Numbered from the stretch's first letter, positions 1 through 12,579 are shown. The stretch is DNA of 64,000 nt from Botryllus schlosseri (GCA_051294905.1 CM119372.1:28832001-28896000), one strand, 5' to 3'. The notes: a model not told the origin generated them from the sequence alone. Numbers and translations: made by a program.

Positions 1-65
1 TTCATTTTGCTTCGGCGATTCAAAGCGCACTTGGTGAATGCATTTATGCATATGTGGTGAGCGTG

Positions 66-85
66 CTCACCACAATATTTATTTT
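66..85 (+). promoter_or_regulatory. Candidate proximal sequence element (PSE) of the U1 promoter, present upstream of every copy
   Basis: CTCACCACAATATTTA at about -60 to -45 from the U1 start; position and TCACC core resemble metazoan snRNA PSEs, rest of the match is weak. Confidence 0.4.
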
Positions 86-125
86 GTTGTATGAAATTGG
101 GTGTCAATAAATTTCTGGAAAACTC

Positions 126-289
126 ATACTTACCTGACGAGGCAGTGAACCATGATCAAAAAGGCGGTTCTGCCCGGGCGAGGCCTAGCCATTGCACTTC
201 GGCTTGGTTGACCTCGGCGATTACCCTAAATGTGGGTAACTCGGTCGTGTAATTCCTGGTAGTGGGGTCTGCGTTCGCGCTAACCCTTT
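126..289 (+). ncRNA. U1: U1 snRNA, Sm-site variant AATTCCTGG
   Basis: 5' ATACTTACCTG, loop I GATCAAAAAG, loop II ATTGCAC, 3' stem-loop IV GGGGTCTGCG-TTCG-CGCTAACCC, ~164 nt. Confidence 0.95.
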
Positions 290-1118
290 CCATCCAACCA
301 ACCATACTAATTAAATAGCTCACAGTGCACGGAAAAGAATTCGTGGCCAGCGGCTCTCGTAACGACACTCACTTACATGCATTCTCGCAAAGCCGTTGAT
401 TATTATAAATATACCAAATACTTGGTTTGTTGATTTATTTTCCCCCTCGGAACGAACGTGGCCATATAACACGTTTTGAGTTGGCCTACACCTCGATTTG
501 TTCTCGTAGACCTGCGATATAGCAATGGCGTCTGACCGTTACATCGGTATAGTGTCTGTTTCTGGTTAAGATTTCACGGTTAGCGGTTAGTAGGCCTTTT
601 CCGTATAGTGCGAGCCTAATTTCTTTTTCACCTAGCTCTCCTGAACTGATCATATACACTTCATGTATTTTGATAAGCACCTGGATTGTGGCGAGAATTG
701 ATGACAGTCTGCAGATCAGAAATTAATCTACAATAGGCTTTCCCTATATGCCTCGCTTTTGTAGCTGTGAAAACTTTGCATTGCTATGTCTCGCTTCTGT
801 AATCCTATACCGGCTCTTTATTGGCAAAGCGAATATCAGAGCACCATGGAGATGACCATAAAACACAAGATAATGATTATCGCTCTTTTAAGCAAGGAAT
901 GGACGGTGGAATTCGCAATTGGACGCCGCAGTCAGTCCAATATCATCGATGACGTCCCAATCATATTTGGCGTTCGCGTCTAGTAGAAACTATTTCATTT
1001 TGCTTCGGCGATTCAAAGCGCACTTGGTGAATGCATTTATGCATATGTGGAGAGCGTGCTCACCACAATATTTATTTTGTTGTATGAAATTGGGTGTCAA
1101 TAAATTTCTGGAAAACTC

Positions 1119-1281
1119 ATACTTACGTGACGAGGCAGTGAACCATGATCAAAAGGCGGTTCTGCCCGGGCGAGGCCTAGCCATTGCACTTCGGCTTGGT
1201 TGACCTCGGCGATTACCCCAAATGTGGGTAACTCGGTCGTGTAAGTTCTGGTAGTGGGGTCTGCGTTCGCGCTAACCCATT
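1119..1281 (+). ncRNA. U1: U1 snRNA variant (C9G 5' arm, 9-nt loop I, Sm AAGTTCTGG)
   Basis: ATACTTACGTG start; rest of U1 architecture retained. Confidence 0.92.
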
Positions 1282-1542
1282 CCATCCAACCATACTAATT
1301 AAATAGCTCACAGTGCATGGAAAAGGATTCGTGGCCAGCGGCTCTCGTAACGACACTCACTTACATGCATTCTCGCAAAGCCGCTGATTATAATAAATAT
1401 ACCAAATACTTGGTTTGTTGATTTATTTTCTGCCTCGGAACGAACGTGGCCATATAACACGTTTTGAGTTGGCCTACACCTCGATTTGTTCTCGTGGACC
1501 TGCGATATAGCAATGGCGTCTGACCTTTACATCGTTATAGTG

Positions 1543-2424
1543 CAGGGGCTGGCAACTTCTCCAGTCGGCGGGCCAGATAGAGGAAAATTAGGTACTTGGC
1601 GGGCCGGATTGCTGAATCGACACATTATTCGCCCATTTATCCACATATACAAGGAATAAATCGTATTTAATAAATGTATTTTAACGACAGCAATGTCGCT
1701 TCAAAGCCATTTCTCCGATAATGGCGAGGACAGTGTGGATTTGAGAATAACATTATCATACAGGCGCCGCCATGTCTGCTTCACTCTGATCAATCAACAC
1801 ACGGTGCAATCCCTAGTTAAGATTTCAAGTCGTTCGATGACCCCGGTAACCCTAATTTAACAAGATATCAATTCATTAGGGTTGAGTAGGTGCCGTGATA
1901 GCGTCGTTGTTCAACTGTGTGGCGTAAATAATCTCGAATATTGAATTCATACGGCCCGCGTTTTCTACAAAATTTGAAAACTGGCCTGCGACCCGTTTTG
2001 AGATGGCGACCCCTGGAATATGCGGTGCCTTACAAAAGCCTAGAAGTGTGGCGTGCTACAAGTCGGCGGTTGCGGAATCGAAAATAAGAAATATATCAGT
2101 CTGGTGTAAATGACCATTGTAGTCGACAAAAATCATGATTACCACAGACGACATTAGGGTTGAGTGCATATCGCAAATGCCGATAATGCAAGTCTTCTCG
2201 CTTCGACGAACTTACGCGTATGCTCCACTCTCGCAACGATGCGCACACACGTATATAATAATATACAGTCACTTAAATTTGACGTAGTATGCAAGTAGTG
2301 GGGGATCTCGACAGACTGGGGCCGCGGGCTACATTATCATGTAAGACGGAAAACCGTCCGCGGGCCGGACAAAATCCCTTCGCGGGCCGGATCCGGCCCG
2401 CGGGCCGTATGTTGCCCACCCCTG
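1543..2424. mobile_element. Non-autonomous hAT (Buster/Charlie-type) MITE, 882-bp form
   Basis: Imperfect TIRs CAGGGGCTGGCAAC / GTTGCCCACCCCTG, subterminal GGCCCGCGGGCC motifs, 8-bp TSD TTATAGTG (1535-1542, 2425-2432) with central TA; empty-site units have a single TTATAGTG. Confidence 0.93.
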
Positions 2425-2996
2425 TTATAGTGTCTGTTTCTGGGTAAGATTTAACGATTAGCGGTTAGTAGGCCTTTTCCGTATAGTGCGAGCCTAATTT
2501 CTTTTTCACCTAGCTCTCCTGAACTGATCATATACACTTCATGTATTTCGATAAGCGCCTGGATTGTGGCGAGAATTGATGACAGTCAGAAGATTAGAAA
2601 TTAATCTACAATAGGCTTTCCCTATATGCCTCGCTTTTGTAGCTGTGAAAACTTTGCATTGCTATGTCACGCTTCTGTAATCCTATACCGGCTCTTTATT
2701 GGCAAAGCGAATATCAGAGCACCATGGAGATGACCATAAACCGCAAGATAATGATTATCGCACTTTTAAGCAAGGAATGGACGGTGGAATTCGCAATTGG
2801 ACGCCGCAGTCAGTCCAATATCATCGATGACGTCCCAATCATATTTGGCGTTCGCGTCTAGTAGAAACTATTTCATTTTGCTTCGGCGATTCAAAGCGCA
2901 CTTGGTGAATGCATTTATGCATATGTGGAGAGCGTGCTCACCACAATATTTACTTTGTTGTATGAAATTGGGTGTCAATAAATTTCTGGAAAACTC

Positions 2997-3159
2997 ATAC
3001 TTACCTGACGAGGCAGTGAACCATGATCAAAAGGCGGTTCTGCCCGGGCGAGGCCTAGCCATTGCACTTCGGCTTGGTTGACCTCGGCGATTACCCCAAA
3101 TGTGGGTAACTCGGTCGTGTAAGTTCTGGTAGTGGGGTCTGCGTTCGCGCTAACCCATT
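2997..3159 (+). ncRNA. U1: U1 snRNA variant (9-nt loop I, Sm AAGTTCTGG)
   Basis: ATACTTACCTG, ATTGCAC, SL IV. Confidence 0.93.
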
Positions 3160-3420
3160 CCATCCAACCATACTAATTAAATAGCTCACAGTGCATGGAA
3201 AAGAATTCGTGGCCAGCGGCTCTCGTAACGACACTCACTTACATGCATTCTCGCAAAGCCGCTGATTATAATAAATATACCAAATACTTGGTTTGTTGAT
3301 TTATTTTCTGCCTCGGAACGAACGTGGCCATATAACACGTTTTGAGTTGGCCTACACCTCGATTTGTTCTCGTGGACCTGCGATATAGCAATGGCGTCTG
3401 ACCTTTACATCGTTATAGTG

Positions 3421-4284
3421 CAGGGGCTGGCAACTTCTCCAGTCGGCGGGCCGGATAAAGGAAAATTAGGTACTTGGTGAGCCGGATTGCTGAATCGACA
3501 CATTATTCGCCCATTTATCCACATATACAAGGAATAAATCGTATTTAATAAATGTATTTTAACGACAGCAATGTCGCTTCAAAGCCATTTCTCCGATAAT
3601 GGCGAGGACAGTGTGGATTTGAGAATAACATTATCATACAGGCGCCGCCATGTCTGCTTCACTCTGATCAATCAACACACGGTGCAATCCCTAGTTAAGA
3701 TTTCAAGTCGTTCGATGACCCCGGTAACCCTAATTTACCAAGATATCAATTCATTAGGGTTGAGTAGGTGCCGTGATAGCGTCGTTGTTCAACTGTGTGG
3801 CGTAAATAATCTCGAATATTGAATTCATACGGCCCGCGTTTTCTACAAAATTTGAAAACTGGCCTGCGACCCGTTTTGAGATGGCGACCCCTGGAATATG
3901 CGGTGCCTTACAAAAGCCTAGAAGTGTGGCGTGCTACAAGTCGGCGGTTGCGGAATCGAAAATAAGAAATATATCAGTCTGGTGTAAATGACCATTGTAG
4001 TCGACAAAAATCATGATTACCACAGACGACATTAGGGTTGAGTGCATATCGCAAATGCCGATAATGCAAGTCTTCTCGCTTCGACGAACTTACGCGTATG
4101 CTCCACTCTCGCAGCGATGCGCACACACGTATATAGTAATATACAGTCACTTAAATTTGACGTAGTATGCAAGTAGTGGGGGATCTCGACAGACTGGGGC
4201 CGCGGGCCACATTATCATGTAAGACGGAAAACCATCCGCGGGCCGGACAAAATCCCTTCGCGGGCCGTATGTTGCCCACCCCTG
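3421..4284. mobile_element. hAT MITE, 864-bp form
   Basis: Same TIRs, TSD and site. Confidence 0.92.
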
Positions 4285-4835
4285 TTATAGTGTCTGTTTC
4301 TGGGTAAGATTTACCGATTAGCGGTTAGTAGGCCTTTTCCGTATAGTGCGAGCCTAATTTCTTTTTCACCTAGCTCTCCTGAACTGATCATATACACTTC
4401 ATGTATTTCGATAAGCGCCTGGATTGTGGCGAGAATTGATGACAGTCAGAAGATTAGAAATTAATCTACAATAGGCTTTCCCTATATGCCTCGCTTTTGT
4501 AGCTGTGAAAACTTTGCATTGCTATGTCACGCTTCTGTAATCCTATACCGGCTCTTTATTGCCAAAGCGAATATCAGAGCACCATGGAGATGACCATAAC
4601 ACGCAAGATAATGATTATCGCACTTTTGAGCAAGGAATGGACGGTGGAGGCGTCCAATATCATCGATGACGTCCCAATCATATTTGGCGTTCGCGTCTAG
4701 TAGAAACTATTTCATTTTGCTTCGGCGATTCAAAGCGCACTTGGTGAATGCATTTATGCATATGTGGTGAGCGTGCTCACCACAATATTTATTTTGTTGT
4801 ATGAAATTGGGTGTCAATAAATTTCTGGAAAACTC

Positions 4836-4999
4836 ATACTTACCTGACGAGGCAGTGAACCATGATCAAAAAGGCGGTTCTGCCCGGGCGAGGCCTAGCC
4901 ATTGCACTTCGGCTTGGTTGACCTCGGCGATTACCCTAAATGTGGGTAACTCGGTCGTGTAATTACTGGTAGTGGGGTCTGCGTTCGCGCTAACCCTTT
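4836..4999 (+). ncRNA. U1: U1 snRNA, Sm-site variant AATTACTGG
   Basis: ATACTTACCTG, ATTGCAC, SL IV. Confidence 0.93.
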
Positions 5000-5828
5000 C
5001 CATCCAACCAACCATACTAATTAAATAGCTCACAGTGCACGGAAAAGAATTCGTGGCCAGCGGCTCTCGTAACGACACTCACTTACATGCATTCTCGCAA
5101 AGCCGTTGATTATTATAAATATACCAAATACTTGGTTTGTTGATTTATTTTCCCCCTCGGAACGAACGTGGCCATATAACACGTTTTGAGTTGGCCTACA
5201 CCTCGATTTGTTCTCGTAGACCTGCGATATAGCAATGGCGTCTGACCGTTACATCGGTATAGTGTCTGTTTCTGGTTAAGATTTCACGGTTAGCGGTTAG
5301 TAGGCCTTTTCCGTATAGTGCGAGCCTAATTTCTTTTTCACCTAGCTCTCCTGAACTGATCATATACACTTCATGTATTTTGATAAGCACCTGGATTGTG
5401 GCGAGAATTGATGACAGTCTGCAGATCAGAAATTAATCTACAATAGGCTTTCCCTATATGCCTCGCTTTTGTAGCTGTGAAAACTTTGCATTGCTATGTC
5501 TCGCTTCTGTAATCCTATACCGGCTCTTTATTGGCAAAGCGAATATCAGAGCACCATGGAGATGACCATAAAACACAAGATAATGATTATCGCTCTTTTA
5601 AGCAAGGAATGGACGGTGGAATTCGCAATTGGACGCCGCAGTCAGTCCAATATCATCGATGACGTCCCAATCATATTTGGCGTTCGCGTCTAGTAGAAAC
5701 TATTTCATTTTGCTTCGGCGATTCAAAGCGCACTTGGTGAATGCATTTATGCATATGTGGAGAGCGTGCTCACCACAATATTTATTTTGTTGTATGAAAT
5801 TGGGTGTCAATAAATTTCTGGAAAACTC

Positions 5829-5991
5829 ATACTTACGTGACGAGGCAGTGAACCATGATCAAAAGGCGGTTCTGCCCGGGCGAGGCCTAGCCATTGCACT
5901 TCGGCTTGGTTGACCTCGGCGATTACCCCAAATGTGGGTAACTCGGTCGTGTAAGTTCTGGTAGTGGGGTCTGCGTTCGCGCTAACCCATT
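5829..5991 (+). ncRNA. U1: U1 snRNA variant (C9G, 9-nt loop I, Sm AAGTTCTGG)
   Basis: ATACTTACGTG start; U1 body. Confidence 0.92.
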
Positions 5992-6252
5992 CCATCCAAC
6001 CATACTAATTAAATAGCTCACAGTGCATGGAAAAGGATTCGTGGCCAGCGGCTCTCGTAACGACACTCACTTACATGCATTCTCGCAAAGCCGCTGATTA
6101 TAATAAATATACCAAATACTTGGTTTGTTGATTTATTTTCTGCCTCGGAACGAACGTGGCCATATAACACGTTTTGAGTTGGCCTACACCTCGATTTGTT
6201 CTCGTGGACCTGCGATATAGCAATGGCGTCTGACCTTTACATCGTTATAGTG

Positions 6253-7134
6253 CAGGGGCTGGCAACTTCTCCAGTCGGCGGGCCAGATAGAGGAAAATTA
6301 GGTACTTGGCGGGCCGGATTGCTGAATCGACACATTATTCGCCCATTTATCCACATATACAAGGAATAAATCGTATTTAATAAATGTATTTTAACGACAG
6401 CAATGTCGCTTCAAAGCCATTTCTCCGATAATGGCGAGGACAGTGTGGATTTGAGAATAACATTATCATACAGGCGCCGCCATGTCTGCTTCACTCTGAT
6501 CAATCAACACACGGTGCAATCCCTAGTTAAGATTTCAAGTCGTTCGATGACCCCGGTAACCCTAATTTAACAAGATATCAATTCATTAGGGTTGAGTAGG
6601 TGCCGTGATAGCGTCGTTGTTCAACTGTGTGGCGTAAATAATCTCGAATATTGAATTCATACGGCCCGCGTTTTCTACAAAATTTGAAAACTGGCCTGCG
6701 ACCCGTTTTGAGATGGCGACCCCTGGAATATGCGGTGCCTTACAAAAGCCTAGAAGTGTGGCGTGCTACAAGTCGGCGGTTGCGGAATCGAAAATAAGAA
6801 ATATATCAGTCTGGTGTAAATGACCATTGTAGTCGACAAAAATCATGATTACCACAGACGACATTAGGGTTGAGTGCATATCGCAAATGCCGATAATGCA
6901 AGTCTTCTCGCTTCGACGAACTTACGCGTATGCTCCACTCTCGCAACGATGCGCACACACGTATATAATAATATACAGTCACTTAAATTTGACGTAGTAT
7001 GCAAGTAGTGGGGGATCTCGACAGACTGGGGCCGCGGGCTACATTATCATGTAAGACGGAAAACCGTCCGCGGGCCGGACAAAATCCCTTCGCGGGCCGG
7101 ATCCGGCCCGCGGGCCGTATGTTGCCCACCCCTG
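6253..7134. mobile_element. hAT MITE, 882-bp form
   Basis: Same TIRs, TSD and site. Confidence 0.92.
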
Positions 7135-7706
7135 TTATAGTGTCTGTTTCTGGGTAAGATTTAACGATTAGCGGTTAGTAGGCCTTTTCCGTATAGTGCG
7201 AGCCTAATTTCTTTTTCACCTAGCTCTCCTGAACTGATCATATACACTTCATGTATTTCGATAAGCGCCTGGATTGTGGCGAGAATTGATGACAGTCAGA
7301 AGATTAGAAATTAATCTACAATAGGCTTTCCCTATATGCCTCGCTTTTGTAGCTGTGAAAACTTTGCATTGCTATGTCACGCTTCTGTAATCCTATACCG
7401 GCTCTTTATTGGCAAAGCGAATATCAGAGCACCATGGAGATGACCATAAACCGCAAGATAATGATTATCGCACTTTTAAGCAAGGAATGGACGGTGGAAT
7501 TCGCAATTGGACGCCGCAGTCAGTCCAATATCATCGATGACGTCCCAATCATATTTGGCGTTCGCGTCTAGTAGAAACTATTTCATTTTGCTTCGGCGAT
7601 TCAAAGCGCACTTGGTGAATGCATTTATGCATATGTGGAGAGCGTGCTCACCACAATATTTACTTTGTTGTATGAAATTGGGTGTCAATAAATTTCTGGA
7701 AAACTC

Positions 7707-7869
7707 ATACTTACCTGACGAGGCAGTGAACCATGATCAAAAGGCGGTTCTGCCCGGGCGAGGCCTAGCCATTGCACTTCGGCTTGGTTGACCTCGGCGA
7801 TTACCCCAAATGTGGGTAACTCGGTCGTGTAAGTTCTGGTAGTGGGGTCTGCGTTCGCGCTAACCCATT
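7707..7869 (+). ncRNA. U1: U1 snRNA variant (9-nt loop I, Sm AAGTTCTGG)
   Basis: ATACTTACCTG, ATTGCAC, SL IV. Confidence 0.93.
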
Positions 7870-8130
7870 CCATCCAACCATACTAATTAAATAGCTCACA
7901 GTGCATGGAAAAGAATTCGTGGCCAGCGGCTCTCGTAACGACACTCACTTACATGCATTCTCGCAAAGCCGCTGATTATAATAAATATACCAAATACTTG
8001 GTTTGTTGATTTATTTTCTGCCTCGGAACGAACGTGGCCATATAACACGTTTTGAGTTGGCCTACACCTCGATTTGTTCTCGTGGACCTGCGATATAGCA
8101 ATGGCGTCTGACCTTTACATCGTTATAGTG

Positions 8131-8994
8131 CAGGGGCTGGCAACTTCTCCAGTCGGCGGGCCGGATAAAGGAAAATTAGGTACTTGGTGAGCCGGATTGC
8201 TGAATCGACACATTATTCGCCCATTTATCCACATATACAAGGAATAAATCGTATTTAATAAATGTATTTTAACGACAGCAATGTCGCTTCAAAGCCATTT
8301 CTCCGATAATGGCGAGGACAGTGTGGATTTGAGAATAACATTATCATACAGGCGCCGCCATGTCTGCTTCACTCTGATCAATCAACACACGGTGCAATCC
8401 CTAGTTAAGATTTCAAGTCGTTCGATGACCCCGGTAACCCTAATTTACCAAGATATCAATTCATTAGGGTTGAGTAGGTGCCGTGATAGCGTCGTTGTTC
8501 AACTGTGTGGCGTAAATAATCTCGAATATTGAATTCATACGGCCCGCGTTTTCTACAAAATTTGAAAACTGGCCTGCGACCCGTTTTGAGATGGCGACCC
8601 CTGGAATATGCGGTGCCTTACAAAAGCCTAGAAGTGTGGCGTGCTACAAGTCGGCGGTTGCGGAATCGAAAATAAGAAATATATCAGTCTGGTGTAAATG
8701 ACCATTGTAGTCGACAAAAATCATGATTACCACAGACGACATTAGGGTTGAGTGCATATCGCAAATGCCGATAATGCAAGTCTTCTCGCTTCGACGAACT
8801 TACGCGTATGCTCCACTCTCGCAGCGATGCGCACACACGTATATAGTAATATACAGTCACTTAAATTTGACGTAGTATGCAAGTAGTGGGGGATCTCGAC
8901 AGACTGGGGCCGCGGGCCACATTATCATGTAAGACGGAAAACCATCCGCGGGCCGGACAAAATCCCTTCGCGGGCCGTATGTTGCCCACCCCTG
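8131..8994. mobile_element. hAT MITE, 864-bp form
   Basis: Same TIRs, TSD and site. Confidence 0.92.
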
Positions 8995-9545
8995 TTATAG
9001 TGTCTGTTTCTGGGTAAGATTTACCGATTAGCGGTTAGTAGGCCTTTTCCGTATAGTGCGAGCCTAATTTCTTTTTCACCTAGCTCTCCTGAACTGATCA
9101 TATACACTTCATGTATTTCGATAAGCGCCTGGATTGTGGCGAGAATTGATGACAGTCAGAAGATTAGAAATTAATCTACAATAGGCTTTCCCTATATGCC
9201 TCGCTTTTGTAGCTGTGAAAACTTTGCATTGCTATGTCACGCTTCTGTAATCCTATACCGGCTCTTTATTGCCAAAGCGAATATCAGAGCACCATGGAGA
9301 TGACCATAACACGCAAGATAATGATTATCGCACTTTTGAGCAAGGAATGGACGGTGGAGGCGTCCAATATCATCGATGACGTCCCAATCATATTTGGCGT
9401 TCGCGTCTAGTAGAAACTATTTCATTTTGCTTCGGCGATTCAAAGCGCACTTGGTGAATGCATTTATGCATATGTGGTGAGCGTGCTCACCACAATATTT
9501 ATTTTGTTGTATGAAATTGGGTGTCAATAAATTTCTGGAAAACTC

Positions 9546-9709
9546 ATACTTACCTGACGAGGCAGTGAACCATGATCAAAAAGGCGGTTCTGCCCGGGCG
9601 AGGCCTAGCCATTGCACTTCGGCTTGGTTGACCTCGGCGATTACCCTAAATGTGGGTAACTCGGTCGTGTAATTACTGGTAGTGGGGTCTGCGTTCGCGC
9701 TAACCCTTT
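9546..9709 (+). ncRNA. U1: U1 snRNA, Sm-site variant AATTACTGG
   Basis: ATACTTACCTG, ATTGCAC, SL IV. Confidence 0.93.
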
Positions 9710-10538
9710 CCATCCAACCAACCATACTAATTAAATAGCTCACAGTGCACGGAAAAGAATTCGTGGCCAGCGGCTCTCGTAACGACACTCACTTACATGC
9801 ATTCTCGCAAAGCCGTTGATTATTATAAATATACCAAATACTTGGTTTGTTGATTTATTTTCCCCCTCGGAACGAACGTGGCCATATAACACGTTTTGAG
9901 TTGGCCTACACCTCGATTTGTTCTCGTAGACCTGCGATATAGCAATGGCGTCTGACCGTTACATCGGTATAGTGTCTGTTTCTGGTTAAGATTTCACGGT
10001 TAGCGGTTAGTAGGCCTTTTCCGTATAGTGCGAGCCTAATTTCTTTTTCACCTAGCTCTCCTGAACTGATCATATACACTTCATGTATTTTGATAAGCAC
10101 CTGGATTGTGGCGAGAATTGATGACAGTCTGCAGATCAGAAATTAATCTACAATAGGCTTTCCCTATATGCCTCGCTTTTGTAGCTGTGAAAACTTTGCA
10201 TTGCTATGTCTCGCTTCTGTAATCCTATACCGGCTCTTTATTGGCAAAGCGAATATCAGAGCACCATGGAGATGACCATAAAACACAAGATAATGATTAT
10301 CGCTCTTTTAAGCAAGGAATGGACGGTGGAATTCGCAATTGGACGCCGCAGTCAGTCCAATATCATCGATGACGTCCCAATCATATTTGGCGTTCGCGTC
10401 TAGTAGAAACTATTTCATTTTGCTTCGGCGATTCAAAGCGCACTTGGTGAATGCATTTATGCATATGTGGAGAGCGTGCTCACCACAATATTTATTTTGT
10501 TGTATGAAATTGGGTGTCAATAAATTTCTGGAAAACTC

Positions 10539-10701
10539 ATACTTACGTGACGAGGCAGTGAACCATGATCAAAAGGCGGTTCTGCCCGGGCGAGGCCTAG
10601 CCATTGCACTTCGGCTTGGTTGACCTCGGCGATTACCCCAAATGTGGGTAACTCGGTCGTGTAAGTTCTGGTAGTGGGGTCTGCGTTCGCGCTAACCCAT
10701 T
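10539..10701 (+). ncRNA. U1: U1 snRNA variant (C9G, 9-nt loop I, Sm AAGTTCTGG)
   Basis: ATACTTACGTG start; U1 body. Confidence 0.92.
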
Positions 10702-10962
10702 CCATCCAACCATACTAATTAAATAGCTCACAGTGCATGGAAAAGGATTCGTGGCCAGCGGCTCTCGTAACGACACTCACTTACATGCATTCTCGCAAAG
10801 CCGCTGATTATAATAAATATACCAAATACTTGGTTTGTTGATTTATTTTCTGCCTCGGAACGAACGTGGCCATATAACACGTTTTGAGTTGGCCTACACC
10901 TCGATTTGTTCTCGTGGACCTGCGATATAGCAATGGCGTCTGACCTTTACATCGTTATAGTG

Positions 10963-11844
10963 CAGGGGCTGGCAACTTCTCCAGTCGGCGGGCCAGATAG
11001 AGGAAAATTAGGTACTTGGCGGGCCGGATTGCTGAATCGACACATTATTCCCCCATTTATCCACATATACAAGGAATAAATCGTATTTAATAAATGTATT
11101 TTAACGACAGCAATGTCGCTTCAAAGCCATTTCTCCGATAATGGCGAGGACAGTGTGGATTTGAGAATAACATTATCATACAGGCGCCGCCATGTCTGCT
11201 TCACTCTGATCAATCAACACACGGTGCAATCCCTAGTTAAGATTTCAAGTCGTTCGATGACCCCGGTAACCCTAATTTAACAAGATATCAATTCATTAGG
11301 GTTGAGTAGGTGCCGTGATAGCGTCGTTGTTCAACTGTGTGGCGTAAATAATCTCGAATATTGAATTCATACGGCCCGCGTTTTCTACAAAATTTGAAAA
11401 CTGGCCTGCGACCCGTTTTGAGATGGCGACCCCTGGAATATGCGGTGCCTTACAAAAGCCTAGAAGTGTGGCGTGCTACAAGTCGGCGGTTGCGGAATCG
11501 AAAATAAGAAATATATCAGTCTGGTGTAAATGACCATTGTAGTCGACAAAAATCATGATTACCACAGACGACATTAGGGTTGAGTGCATATCGCAAATGC
11601 CGATAATGCAAGTCTTCTCGCTTCGACGAACTTACGCGTATGCTCCACTCTCGCAACGATGCGCACACACGTATATAATAATATACAGTCACTTAAATTT
11701 GACGTAGTATGCAAGTAGTGGGGGATCTCGACAGACTGTGGCCGCGGGCCACATTATCATGTAAGACGGAAAACCGTCCGCGGGCCGGACAAAATCCCTT
11801 CGCGGGCCGGATCCGGCCCGCGGGCCGTATGTTGCCCACCCCTG
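10963..11844. mobile_element. hAT MITE, 882-bp form
   Basis: Same TIRs, TSD and site. Confidence 0.92.
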
Positions 11845-12416
11845 TTATAGTGTCTGTTTCTGGGTAAGATTTAACGATTAGCGGTTAGTAGGCCTTTTCC
11901 GTATAGTGCGAGCCTAATTTCTTTTTCACCTAGCTCTCCTGAACTGATCATATACACTTCATGTATTTCGATAAGCGCCTGGATTGTGGCGAGAATTGAT
12001 GACAGTCAGAAGATTAGAAATTAATCTACAATAGGCTTTCCCTATATGCCTCGCTTTTGTAGCTGTGAAAACTTTGCATTGCTATGTCACGCTTCTGTAA
12101 TCCTATACCGGCTCTTTATTGGCAAAGCGAATATCAGAGCACCATGGAGATGACCATAAACCGCAAGATAATGATTATCGCACTTTTAAGCAAGGAATGG
12201 ACGGTGGAATTCGCAATTGGACGCCGCAGTCAGTCCAATATCATCGATGACGTCCCAATCATATTTGGCGTTCGCGTCTAGTAGAAACTATTTCATTTTG
12301 CTTCGGCGATTCAAAGCGCACTTGGTGAATGCATTTATGCATATGTGGAGAGCGTGCTCACCACAATATTTACTTTGTTGTATGAAATTGGGTGTCAATA
12401 AATTTCTGGAAAACTC

Positions 12417-12579
12417 ATACTTACCTGACGAGGCAGTGAACCATGATCAAAAGGCGGTTCTGCCCGGGCGAGGCCTAGCCATTGCACTTCGGCTTGGTTG
12501 ACCTCGGCGATTACCCCAAATGTGGGTAACTCGGTCGTGTAAGTTCTGGTAGTGGGGTCTGCGTTCGCGCTAACCCATT
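12417..12579 (+). ncRNA. U1: U1 snRNA variant (9-nt loop I, Sm AAGTTCTGG)
   Basis: ATACTTACCTG, ATTGCAC, SL IV. Confidence 0.93.

Noticed and set aside
290..325. snRNA 3' box
   Set aside because: CTAATTAAATAGC is in the expected position but does not convincingly match the GTTTN(0-3)AAARNNAGA consensus, so it was not called.
366..380. ACTCACTTACATG downstream of U1, resembling a second U1 5' end or an antisense 5' splice site
   Set aside because: Short match with no snRNA body following; partly deleted in the unit after 42446; compatible with chance.
772..781. Octamer (DSE) element
   Set aside because: ACTTTGCAT is only a 7/8 match to ATTTGCAT and lies about 345 bp upstream; insufficient support.
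290..1118. A second RNA gene (5S rRNA, SL RNA, U2, tRNA) linked in the spacer, as in some invertebrate arrays
   Set aside because: No 5S, U2 or tRNA signature motifs recognised on either strand; an Infernal scan would be needed to exclude a divergent RNA.
1848..2165. TTAGGG/CCCTAA motifs in the MITE (AACCCTAAT..ATTAGGGTT hairpin; CATTAGGGTTGAGT twice) as telomeric repeats or a telomerase RNA template
   Set aside because: Isolated single hexamers, not tandem; the left hairpin arm is not conserved in the diverged relative at ~52860.
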